Assembly (NCBI GenBank): GCA_001687465.1
Contig: LVLI01000329.1
Coordinates: 1-64,000 of the forward strand
Reading direction: 5' to 3'
Origin: Halocafeteria seosinensis
Lineage: Eukaryota
Length of the DNA stretch: 64,000 nucleotides
Numbering within the stretch: position 1 is the stretch's first letter; every line of letters starts with the position of its first letter. A model generated the notes under the pieces. The model was not told the origin of the DNA. It was given only the letters and a program-made list of their open reading frames with translations, and made no database searches. A program made the translations under genes and the position numbers. Positions 46,435 to 57,300 of this stretch are shown here, one piece after another.

Positions 46435-49400
46435 ATGGAATGGATTCAACGAGGAGCTGCCCCTTGGAGGAGAACAAGGGCTCTTTCATGCCTTTATAAG
46501 CGCTCTACAGCTTATATAAGCACTCATTCCCACAATGTGACCTTGAGAGGTGCTCGGACAGAGAGAGGGCATTGCCGCCGATTGGGTGGGTATCCCCTAA
46601 CTGGACCCATTTCGGCTCAATACAGCAGCAGCAGCACTAAGAATCTGAGCCAGAGATACAGAGATTGTATGCGGCAATTAAATAGCTCAGAGGAAGCCGT
46701 CGATCTCGATTTAATTGGATCCACCTTGGAGGAACTCGCGTATATACCGTACTATTCGTCTCACAATGGACAGCCTCAAATCGGGTTCGACCGACGAGCT
46801 GTCAACATTGTACAAGCAACATTGGGATACCTCCGGAGGTCAGCGTCCGGTATTACACCAAGGCCTCATTCGAAGTTGATGAAGTCCACGAGCACGGGTA
46901 GTGTTAAGGAATCCTTCGCATCCCTTCTTCGTCCGCAAACTGTTACAGTGTTGATAGCCAACCTACCCGATGCCGAAGCTACCGAAATCACTCACTTGAT
47001 CTTGAGAAACTCTACGCTATCTCCAAATAAGACCCTGGTTACCTGGATGGTATTTAGATCGATTCGTACATGCGACTACAGCACTGTAGATGAGATTCTA
47101 GACTGGTGTAAAGGGCATAAGTTTCCTCTTGGCTACGAGACGATGTGGCCCCTGATACAACATTACGTGGAAGAGGGTGAATTCGAGCAACTAGATAACA
47201 TAGTAAAAGAGTGTTTCCAGGCACCCTCTGTCGAAGAAATTAACAAACCCATCGAACTTTCGGCGATGCTTGAAGCTGTCCTCTGGCGTGATAAACTGGA
47301 AATGCCCAATGCCAAAGTTGCTTCAGAGAGTATTGACGAGGTAGACAGGGAAGTTACCCAGAGACTACCAACCAAACTTCGAGAAATCGCTCAGGGCACA
47401 CATCTTGGAAAGACATCGGAAATCTATGATATCCGTCGCGGTAAAAGAAACTGGCCTATGCCTACGCCTGCTACAAGTCGGCCTCAGTTCGGAGTAGGCG
47501 ATACATCTAAAGACAAAACGCTCCTCCAGAGAATGAGTGCCGTACAAATTCATGCCCATGAACGATCAAAGCTAACTGGACCCCTGGGACAGGTGGCCAC
47601 TTCAGTTGCTAATAATTTGTTAAAGCATGTAGCAGATGATTTACGTCGCTGGAATACCGACATTAGTCACCCAACTGAAATAACAGAAGAATCGATCATC
47701 TTTATGGACTCCCTACTTACACGGCCGAAAGGACACTTTACCACTGTCGAGGACGTCCGATATGTGGCTCCTTACGATACCAAAGTCGACCTAGCCGAAT
47801 CTCATTTCCTAGATCAAGCGTTATCTCAACCCACGATCACACGATGCATAAACCATGTACGAGATACAGTAACCGCTCTCAAGACTAGATTGAGTCGCCC
47901 TGAGAGTGCAGTAGAACGACCTCTCGCTGTCGCTATGGGAATTGTAAGAGTTTATGATACAACGCTGTCATTGATACCTTCCCTTTCACCTACAACCCAA
48001 TGGTTATTAGCTAAGACTCTCAGGAAGCTTGGACGACTCGACGATCTCCATGCGCTGTATCGCTATGCACAAATAGCAAATGGGAAGTGGATGGAAGTGG
48101 GTACTCTAGAGTTCGTCACAGAGGATTTGTCTTTACCGGAAACCGATGTGAAGTATGTCAAGACATTAACGGATAATGAAGTCAAACAAGCGTTAAACGA
48201 AGCATCCAACGACCTCTCAGCGCTACAGCAATCACAAAAACACCAATTTGTTCGCCGGCAGACGGCCTCCATCCTTGCCGAATATTTGATGGGGTCCATT
48301 GAACAGTGCTCAGCGTTGCTGACTTACTCACCATCGGATACTTTCCTGAACGAATCGGAGGCTATTGTTGAGCGATGGAACCATTTTCGTGCTCTTGCAT
48401 CTCAGGACGCAATGGAATTCCTTCAAGAAGCGAATACGTTCATCAACTCTCTGAAAGAAGAAACGGAAAATAAAATGTCAAAAGGTGACCGCACTATCCC
48501 GTTCGACTCTCCTATTCTTCCGTACGTAGTGTCGGAGCTGGGACAAATGGCCAGCTCATTGCAAACACAACGAGGGCTTGGATACTCGCATCTAAAAACT
48601 CACGAAGCCCGCATTGGTACAAAGATCCAATGGAGTTATGATGCTCCTCTAGCCGTTGATGAGCGCAAAGTGGAGATCCAGCAGCTTTGCCAAGACACGA
48701 GTCTCAACGTTGTTTCCCTTCTTTCTCTTTCGGAAGTAGTGTTTAACGCCGGATCCGCAGCCGGCAGTAAAACGAGCTGTTGGTGGATGGACGAGAGTGT
48801 GAAAGGAAGTGACAAAGAGCGCTCTGACATGGACGATTGCTTAAAGAACGCATCCCAAGGTACGGAAACTATTAGGGTTCGCCACGCATTGCGAAGACTG
48901 ATAAACGAGCTTGTCCAAAAGTGGTCAGGCAATGAGTCACTCACAGAAGATGCAAGAATGCTCTCTGAAAACGCTGTCGTGTCCGTTCGAAGTCTCATGG
49001 CGTTGGTTAGACTCCTCTTCTATTTAGACCAGCCAGTTCCCATGCGGTCCATCATGCAGTCATCACTTTCACTGCACCTCAATGAAAATGACATAGAAGG
49101 AGCGTTATTCTGCTATCACTCGATAATGAACTCTTTCAACGGCAAAGGACAACACCGTTTCCCTCAATTGTCTTTCGGAAACCGAGAGAGTTACTCTTCC
49201 AAAGATGGGACTGTACTGAAATATCTCCGGACCTCGAGCTCAGACGCCCGACACGATGTTGCTTTACAATCTCCTTTTTTGGTATTACCTGTCTCCCAGC
49301 AAGCAGCCCTTTTGTACGCATGTTTGAGGAATTGCAAGTGGGTAGATGCATACGCTGTGCTTCTAGATGTGGTTGTTTGCAGTGTCCGCTTCGCTGTCGC

Positions 49401-49800
49401 AAACATGCCGTCAGAGTATTTGAGAGAGTCAGAAGTGGGTGGACAGTACCTCCTTTTGGATGAGATTGTGTGGGGGTCCATGCTAAGGAACAACAATGAG
49501 AGAGCCCCTCAGTCAACTCAGTTCCTGAGGAAGCTGTTGAATGCAGGGATGGGAGAATTTCTCTTGCAACGAGTCAATGATGACCTAGAGCGGCAAGATG
49601 AAAAGGGAGTAATACAGAAGGAGCGGTATGACTGGCTAATGAAGAGTTTTATTGAGAGAGAAGGTGAAGCAGGGGCAGCAATTTGTATGAACTTGCTGGG
49701 TATCGATCCGTCTCTAGACACTGCCGATTCGAAAACCTCAGCGGTTTCTCTCCTCGAAACAAACGAAGAGTTCGAGGAAGATAACATTATGGAAAACTAG
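46435..49800 (+). CDS. Large intronless uncharacterised protein (about 1120 aa), probably mitochondrion-targeted and alpha-helical
   Basis: Uninterrupted ORF of more than 3.3 kb. The N-terminus from MEWIQRG is Arg/Ser-rich and acid-poor. No family recognised. Confidence 0.75.
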   Translation: MEWIQRGAAPWRRTRALSCLYKRSTAYISTHSHNVTLRGARTERGHCRRLGGYPLTGPISAQYSSSSTKNLSQRYRDCMRQLNSSEEAVDLDLIGSTLEELAYIPYYSSHNGQPQIGFDRRAVNIVQATLGYLRRSASGITPRPHSKLMKSTSTGSVKESFASLLRPQTVTVLIANLPDAEATEITHLILRNSTLSPNKTLVTWMVFRSIRTCDYSTVDEILDWCKGHKFPLGYETMWPLIQHYVEEGEFEQLDNIVKECFQAPSVEEINKPIELSAMLEAVLWRDKLEMPNAKVASESIDEVDREVTQRLPTKLREIAQGTHLGKTSEIYDIRRGKRNWPMPTPATSRPQFGVGDTSKDKTLLQRMSAVQIHAHERSKLTGPLGQVATSVANNLLKHVADDLRRWNTDISHPTEITEESIIFMDSLLTRPKGHFTTVEDVRYVAPYDTKVDLAESHFLDQALSQPTITRCINHVRDTVTALKTRLSRPESAVERPLAVAMGIVRVYDTTLSLIPSLSPTTQWLLAKTLRKLGRLDDLHALYRYAQIANGKWMEVGTLEFVTEDLSLPETDVKYVKTLTDNEVKQALNEASNDLSALQQSQKHQFVRRQTASILAEYLMGSIEQCSALLTYSPSDTFLNESEAIVERWNHFRALASQDAMEFLQEANTFINSLKEETENKMSKGDRTIPFDSPILPYVVSELGQMASSLQTQRGLGYSHLKTHEARIGTKIQWSYDAPLAVDERKVEIQQLCQDTSLNVVSLLSLSEVVFNAGSAAGSKTSCWWMDESVKGSDKERSDMDDCLKNASQGTETIRVRHALRRLINELVQKWSGNESLTEDARMLSENAVVSVRSLMALVRLLFYLDQPVPMRSIMQSSLSLHLNENDIEGALFCYHSIMNSFNGKGQHRFPQLSFGNRESYSSKDGTVLKYLRTSSSDARHDVALQSPFLVLPVSQQAALLYACLRNCKWVDAYAVLLDVVVCSVRFAVANMPSEYLRESEVGGQYLLLDEIVWGSMLRNNNERAPQSTQFLRKLLNAGMGEFLLQRVNDDLERQDEKGVIQKERYDWLMKSFIEREGEAGAAICMNLLGIDPSLDTADSKTSAVSLLETNEEFEEDNIMEN

Positions 49801-49845
49801 GGTCACTCAAACCGTTAACACTGAAAATGGCAACAGCAATTTCCG

Positions 49846-52800
49846 TTAGTCCCCTAGCGACGAAGTTTCATCTTCATAATCCACATCAGGGGGTTCTGTC
49901 ACTGGAGGTTGGTCATCCTCCTCTTCTTCTTCGTCCGGGCCCTGCTCCTCGTTTGGTTCGTCCGGAGTAACTGCGGGTACACTGCCTACTGACCGCGTTG
50001 AACGAGTAGGCTGCACACTTTCCGGTCCAAGCCTTTCGCCATCCACCTCTTGATCGCTCATTCCAGAAATAATGGAACATTTGCTCGGTTGTGAATCCGG
50101 GTCTAGTTCTTCTACTGTTGAGTGCTTTCTACCTTCAACTGAACCAATGAACCCCCACAATTCTTCCTTCTTTACCCCTAAGCCTTCCTCGGGGGAGGAA
50201 TAGCTTTGGCATCCTGTTTCCTGAGAATGTCCAGATATACTACATTGGTGAGAAAAATGTAGACCGGTCAAAGTTGAGATATCAAAACCAGAGTTGGGCT
50301 TCTTTGCCATAGAAGGCTGGGGGGCATATCTACAGAAATAGTCCTCCCATAGCTTTACTCTTCGCAACACCAATGATGGCGGAGGCAACAGAACTTCCTT
50401 AGCCGTATTAATATTATACAAGGGGGAAACAAAATTAGACGCGTTAAGAGCCTTAAGAATAGTGTTTAGGGATGCTGAGAATAGCCATTGTTCGTCACAA
50501 CTTGAGCTCTCGGCACACTGCTTCTTTAATAGCCGCAGGCTCTTTACATCCAGTTCGGTTTGCTTATGCACCCACTCCCACAGAGATCTCATCCGTTTTG
50601 CCACTAGCGTAGCTTCCCGATCCTTCTCGCAGTCGTAGAGTAGCGTACCAAACTTTCCAGAATTTAGATGATACGCGATGGCCAACAAGAAACAAGGAGT
50701 ATACTCAAAGTATGCCGGAAATTGGGAAACCAATTGGAAAACGGAGTCCAAGAATTGCACGAAGATGGGACTCACATCGTGGTCATCATCTACGTTCGCC
50801 GAGGAGTGGCCGCATCGTGTTCGAAAGCGATGGCCAAATGAACACCAGTCTTTCTCGACCAAGATACAAAAGCCGCGTATGGTTCGGAAAAAAGGGTCCA
50901 GTAGAATTTGAGCAACAGAGCACACCTGGGCGGTTCTGTCCCAACCATCACTACAATGTACAAGTATACTCTGTCTCGTGCGATGCAAAGCATGCGCTAC
51001 GCGTAGAGATGCCGACAACAAAGCCCGGATATGTACCAGCCAGTAACTGTTCTCGACGACGGAACCAAAAGTGACATCCGCAGAGGCGTTAGCCGTTTTT
51101 AGGAAACCCGTTTGAGCTCCGTTTGACACATTCAAAACGGCTGCTTCTACTTTCTTGAAAGCGTCTCGAATAGCATGTATGTTGTGAATATTCAAAAACA
51201 GCACATCCGTGTCCGCATAAGTTTCGTAACCCCAGCCGGCGGCCCGATTTCCCATGGCGTTAGACTTGGGTCGAGCATCGGCTATCACCAAGGGTCTACT
51301 GGTGATAAATTTACCAATATCTGTTCTTCTCGCGAGTTCCATATCCGGGTTACCGGCGACCCCTTTTAATTTATCTTCGTTGTCAAACATCACAGAACAA
51401 TTTTGAATTCTCTGTCGAAATGACATTTCGCGGTTATGATGCTGCAACTCGGGGGACGGAGCTTCTGAATACACAGCTGCTAACGCTTTCTTGGCTCCAG
51501 CATCACGAATAGCCATGAGTAAGGAGAGGTCCTCTGAACTGCTGTTATTCGACATTCCAACTTTCGGTTGAGAAGATCTGAAAATAGCAGTACCTGTCGG
51601 CCGATGTCTATACGTTAGAGCCGGTATTCGCTTCTTCGCTCGAAAATGAGCAACACTTTCTAATTTTTGCATGACTCCAGCCCCATTCCTTTCCATCAAA
51701 AAGCTGGAGGGAAGTATTACGATGCTGGGATATGTGGACGAGAATTTGAAATCTCGATTTACATCAGTTTTTGTGAACTGGGGCTCTCCTGTTTCCGGAC
51801 ACTTTGCCGCAAACACTGCTTGACGTCCAAATTCGATTTCAGGCTGGAAGAGTTTCCAACCTGGAAGCTCGTGCGGCGCGGGTTTCTTGCGCACACCATA
51901 CATATAGTTCAATTCACCAGGGAACGCGGTCAGTCTGACCCTTTCAATGATCTTGTCAATGCTGTCAGGCTTGATGATGAACCTATACTTACGCACATCT
52001 TTGCAAGTCAACTCCATAGCAACACAGTTCTGATCTTTCACTTTCTCAACGCGCTTGATCGTCGATGCGGGAATAGTTAGGAAGGTAGGATCCAAGTGAC
52101 TGAATCCCGGCACACCATAGTCGGCTCGTTGAATGTAATCTCTCGTTTGCCCTCGTTCGGTGTGGGGCAAGAAGCGCAGGGCATAGTCTGTTCCCGTCAG
52201 CATCCCCTCTAATTTATCCCCGAACGGACTTAGCATGAATCCCTCGATATTGTACTGCAAATGCTCATCTGTTGCTGGGAATATTTCCTCTTCCAAGCAC
52301 CAGCGGCTTCGTGATCGATCAGCAGTTTCTTGCTGCCCTTCATTCGAGACGGAGCGTCGTATTCTGCAAACCGGAGCACATGATTTATAGCCTGTGTTGC
52401 GGAAACAGCTTCTATAATCAACCCCACTACTTACATTAAGCCATCATCCGAGTCTGAACGCAAGGGGGAAACACGTTGTCCATTTGTCATGGAATCGCTC
52501 AGCGGGCTCGACTCGTTTCGTCCATCAGCGCGGTCGTTCCCACCACAAAAGGGGTTATTCAGCTCCTCCACTCGCTTCTCAAACTCTTCATTTGGGGGTG
52601 TATTGTCCTCAGGATAGCCTGCAGGATGATGTCTTCTCACCTGAAGGAAGTCCCGGTCCGGACTGAAAGACGGCGATACCACTGCTCCAGAGCTTGCGGT
52701 AGCCGATGACGCTGATGCCGAAGTCGAAGACCCTCCTGGTGGAGGTGGCGGCGTGGCACTGGTGTTATTATGCGCCTTGGAAGCGTCTTGGCCTTGATTT

Positions 52801-52859
52801 AATGCTCCCAAAGGGTCGTGTTGTACGGGGACCTTCTTGGAAGATCGTTTCTTACCCAT
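49846..52859 (-). CDS. MTMR: Myotubularin-family phosphoinositide phosphatase (active), PH-GRAM plus PTP domains
   Basis: LTCKDVR (GRAM), FRAKKRIPAL, RSSQPKVG, IADARPKSNA, NIHAIRDAF, HCSDGWDRTAQVCS, LVEKDWCSFGHRF and SPIFVQFLDSV. One intron near 52350-52430. Confidence 0.95.
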
Positions 52860-53843
52860 GATTTCTGTGCTTAAATCCACTCAACTCGCTCTATGATATT
52901 CTACAGATCATTTTGCATAGAATGATGCTACGAGAGTAACAAACAAGGCTACTTAAAGCACATAAATCAGCCCTTGAAACAAGGGGAGGCCGGGGGCCGT
53001 CATCTCCCCTTAAGGTTCCCTTTCAGACGGACCCCTTTTCCCGCACACCCGCCCGAGCTGGCCAGCTAATCACACCAGCTCGGAAAATAACGATGGAACT
53101 GAAAGCGAGTGGAAGTGGCCAGAGGGGAAGCAAGAGATTCAAAGCGAGAACTCTTGAGTAAAACGGCATGCGAATCGGTGTTCACACTGTTGGTAGATTA
53201 ATACGTTTGTTCCAATTGCTACAGCAACCACTAAATGCGAACTTGGCCGTGGTTCATGTTTTCCGGTCGCTATCCTCTTCGCACACCTTGGCAGAGCTCA
53301 CTCCGCATCTCGCGAGTTAGGAATATGGCTAGTACGATGAATGTCCGGTATTCGAACTACAACCCAGTTACAGAAGTAGCCTACCTGTGAGTTTTGGGCA
53401 CATCTTGGCTTCGCCCTTATAACACTTATCGCCAGCCAATCCTCCTACGCGTACGACACCGCTATCGTGAGGCTGGGAGTAGCCTAGCTTCACTCTTGAA
53501 CGAACAAATTCGTACAGCTTCTCCCAGAGCGTTCGAATGTCACCTTGATCGGCTCCTGAGCGTTCCAAAGTAGAGACAGAGCGTTCCGTGTATGCACTTC
53601 ACGTTCACTTCGCTTAGTCTGTTGGTTACTCTGTTTCTCAATGAGGTAGCTATCTACGGCACAAGACACTACCGGTATGCTCCAGAGTGCACCATAATCT
53701 GCCGTTGGGCATCCGGGGCGGCGAGTGTTCCCAATCCTACGGTAGTAGATGAAGACGTTGATGCCGCGTTTATCCGGATTTCATGGACATGTTTGTCGAA
53801 CAAAAGCATTACCATTACAGGGTGACTTGCTCAACGGGGGAGT

Positions 53844-54232
53844 TCATGCTCGTAGCCGATCTAGGGTTCTGCGCAGCTGAGGTATATCACATGTGTTCAG
53901 TCCCATGGGAGGATCCTGCCCTTTCTTACGATATTCCAGCTCTATTTTACCTGCAAAATTTCGAAGTATATGCGGTACAAAATGACAACAAATGCACTGA
54001 GGAACCGAGGGGACTCACCGATGAGATCCTGCTTGACTCTATGATCTCGAAGCGCTGCATTACGTTCATCAGAGATACCCGCTGTATTTCCCAGACGTTG
54101 CTCGGCCGCTCTCGCTCGCGCTTCACGCTCATCTACGTCATTGGTGTTGTAGGAGCCTCCCAATGCGCGCCCTCCTCCACGATGGTGAGCTGAGTTCCGC
54201 GTCGCGGTGCCTTTACAACATATACTTCCCAT
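53844..54232 (-). CDS. Small lipid-anchored protein with a VCP/p97-interacting motif (SVIP-like), 2 exons
   Basis: MGSICC acylation motif and REARARAAEQR (= R-x5-AA-x2-R VIM). The second exon reads KIELEYRKKGQDPPMGLNTCDIPQLRRTLDRLRA*. Confidence 0.7.
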
Positions 54233-54390
54233 AACCCACGTAGGCAGTTCGCAAGTAACTATTGACTTGTACTATCCAGTATTGATTTTCTGTTCGACAA
54301 CAATTCACACACGCACACGAGAAGGAGCGTTTGTGTATACATATACCAATATATATATTCAATACAATTACCCTACTGCATCGTGTTTCA

Positions 54391-57300
54391 ATGAGACGAC
54401 AACATGGAGCCAAGAAACGCAAACCTCAAGCGCCGCAGAAACTACAAGTTTTCTCCCCCCAAGAGGATGCCGCGCCACAGGATGACAGTCCACCAGGGTA
54501 TTCGGAGAACCATCGTCTTTCCAACCTGGCCCTGTATGAACTGAGATTGAACAGCGAGCAATTGAACGATGATTCCGGTTCCACTGCTGGAGGAGCAGCA
54601 GCTGCTGCTGCGTCATCGGCGGCAAATGACAGCATATTAGGGTATTACTCGTCTATATGTGACGATATTTTACGCAATGGAGCGCCGATTCGGCGCTCGA
54701 AGAAACAGAAGAGGAAGCGGCCATCAGCCAGGGAGGAGGCGAGGAATCATCTTTTGGTGCTATGTGAAGACAATGCAACTAGTCTAGGGAGCGAGAGATA
54801 CGTTGTGGGATATATTCGGTTTAATCTCTCTGGAGAAGAGCGGGAAGAACTGGATACGTTGGACGATGACGGTACAGGTACACTGGGCTTCAAAATTGAG
54901 CTTGCTAGATCTCAGCGAAAAACGTTGGTGCCCACGATAAATGGAGAACTGTTAGACCAATCTCATTTGCACTGGAAGCACAGCAAAGGGGAGTCCGTAT
55001 GTAACCCACGCCCTCTTCGGGACGTTATATCAAAAGTACTGTGGAACGCTGAAACAAGTGCTATTCGCGACCCCGACATCAGCGCAGACAACCTAGACGA
55101 CCTCACAAGACTTGTCAGCTTGCTTCGTTCGAAATTTATCAGTGTAAAGTGTTATCGTGAAGGAGGAAACTTTATCGTTGGAGAGGTCACGCTTAGTCCG
55201 AAGAGTTTCATTGATGACGGTGAATCTACCGACATTGTTTGGCATACCGAGGCAATAGATGAAGCTGCACAAAAGGCGAAGGGACAGTTACTTCGAGCAA
55301 GGAGAGGGCTTGTCGCCTCTATTATTGCTCAAACGGAAACTTCTGCTGGGATAAACTCGAAGCATCCGTTTATGCAGCATACAATAGCGGAGGACGATGT
55401 GTACTCTGTTGCTTCCCCGAGCTACAAAGACATTCCGACTTCCTGGCTAACTTTATCAGAAACCCACTTAGGAAAGCTAGAAAAGGAATTGGATACGAAC
55501 CTCAGGAAATACCAGTTGCAAGCAGTTGCTTGGATGCTCGGGAGGGAAGCGGGAACTGTCACCAACGGTAACGAGGAGCGCATCTTCTTTGAATACGACA
55601 GTATTCATCCTATGTGGCGTCCTGTTCGCGCAAAAAAGATTACCGGGTACGGTCCAGAGGAGCCAGTGGATATTTTCGTTTGCAGGGCACTTGGTCTTTT
55701 TTCCAGAGTACCAGTTAGAATGCCGAAGAATGGAGACGCACACTTATGTGGAGGTGGGATCCTTGCCGATGAAATGGGTTTGGGCAAATCTTTGGTGCTA
55801 TTAGGACTAGTGTGTTTGAATGGACTACGTGGCAACCGAAAGCTGGAGGAGACAGGAATAAGTATACCTTTGTCAACTTTACTTATCAATGGTCTAAAAA
55901 CATGCTCACTCACTCCTTCAAATATGACGTGCGTCTGTGGTGCTTCCGCTGACACGGAAACACAATCTCTTGCCTGGGCACAGTGTGACCAGTGTTACTC
56001 GTGGCAATCGGTGTTACTTTTACGGCCTTGGAAGGACGAAGAGAGTGGGAATGTGGCAAATCTTTGTGTATTGTGTGCTGTTTCTCGGCTTCGTATCCCA
56101 GTATCCAGTGCGTCGACACTGATAATATGTCCGCAATCATTAATTGAGCAATGGCGAAGGGAAATCAGCAAGCACTGCTCTTCCTCGGTAACATGCAAGC
56201 TGTATCCGGGAATCCATGAAGTGCTGAAGGTAATTCGACGAAACCACGAAAAGCTTACGAAAAAATTAAATCAATTATGTTCCCGGATAGGTGATTGCTC
56301 TGTGGAAATGCGTTCAATTTTGGATGCGTGCAAGGACCCGCAGTGTAGTAGTGCGACAACTCGCCAACTGAGTGACATGTTGGAGTCTAATGTAGAAGTC
56401 GCTAATCCAGGACTTAGAGGGTTAATTCGGGAATGCAGACAATGCATTAGCCATGGCCAAGAGTACGCATCACTTTTAGACCCAAGGTTTTTAGGAGCTA
56501 ATGACATTGTCCTCACAAGCTACGGAGCACTTTCCCAAGATTTAGGCTCCACGTCGCTGCTTGAAGGGGAAGAACACTTCGATACAACCACTTCGGGATA
56601 CGGCCGTGAAGTAGGACCGACCTCTAGAAAATGGACAGGCAGTTTGAGGTATAAGAAACGTTACAGAAATCCATCCTCTCCTCTTGTGCGAGTGGGTTGG
56701 CGAAGAGTGAGTCTGGACGAGAGTCAAATGGTAGACAGTCCTGCCACGCAATGCGCTAGTATGGCTCGGAAACTCCCAGCTATACATAGGTGGTGTGTCT
56801 CCGGAACGCCGCTGACGCGTTCATTGGATGACTGGCATGGATTGTGCATGTTTTTGGGTGATATGGCGACTCCATGGTGTAATGGCAGAGCGTTTCAGTA
56901 CCATGCAATGAAAGAATGTGTTGAAAACAATGACCCCGTTGCGATATGTCAGTTTCTGCAACACGCCTCCTCCCTAATGTGGCGCAATACCAAGAGGGAA
57001 GTTTCTCAAGAACTTGCATTACCACCGTGTCGAAATGAAGTTATTAGCGTTCGTTTATCTCCCATTGAATATGCGTTTTATCAACAACAGGTGCAGCAAC
57101 AACTATCCGTGGTGAGTAGGATTCTCCGAAAGTGGCGTCAGCACGGCCGAGGGAACGACAGCAGTTTTTTATCGGAAAAGCCCACTCGGACTGAATTGCA
57201 TGAAATATTGGACCCGTTGGTACGCGTTCGACAGGCGTGCTGTCACCCTCAAGCTACTAACTCTTTGAACCTGTCGGGCAAACGAAGCCGCACTATGTCG

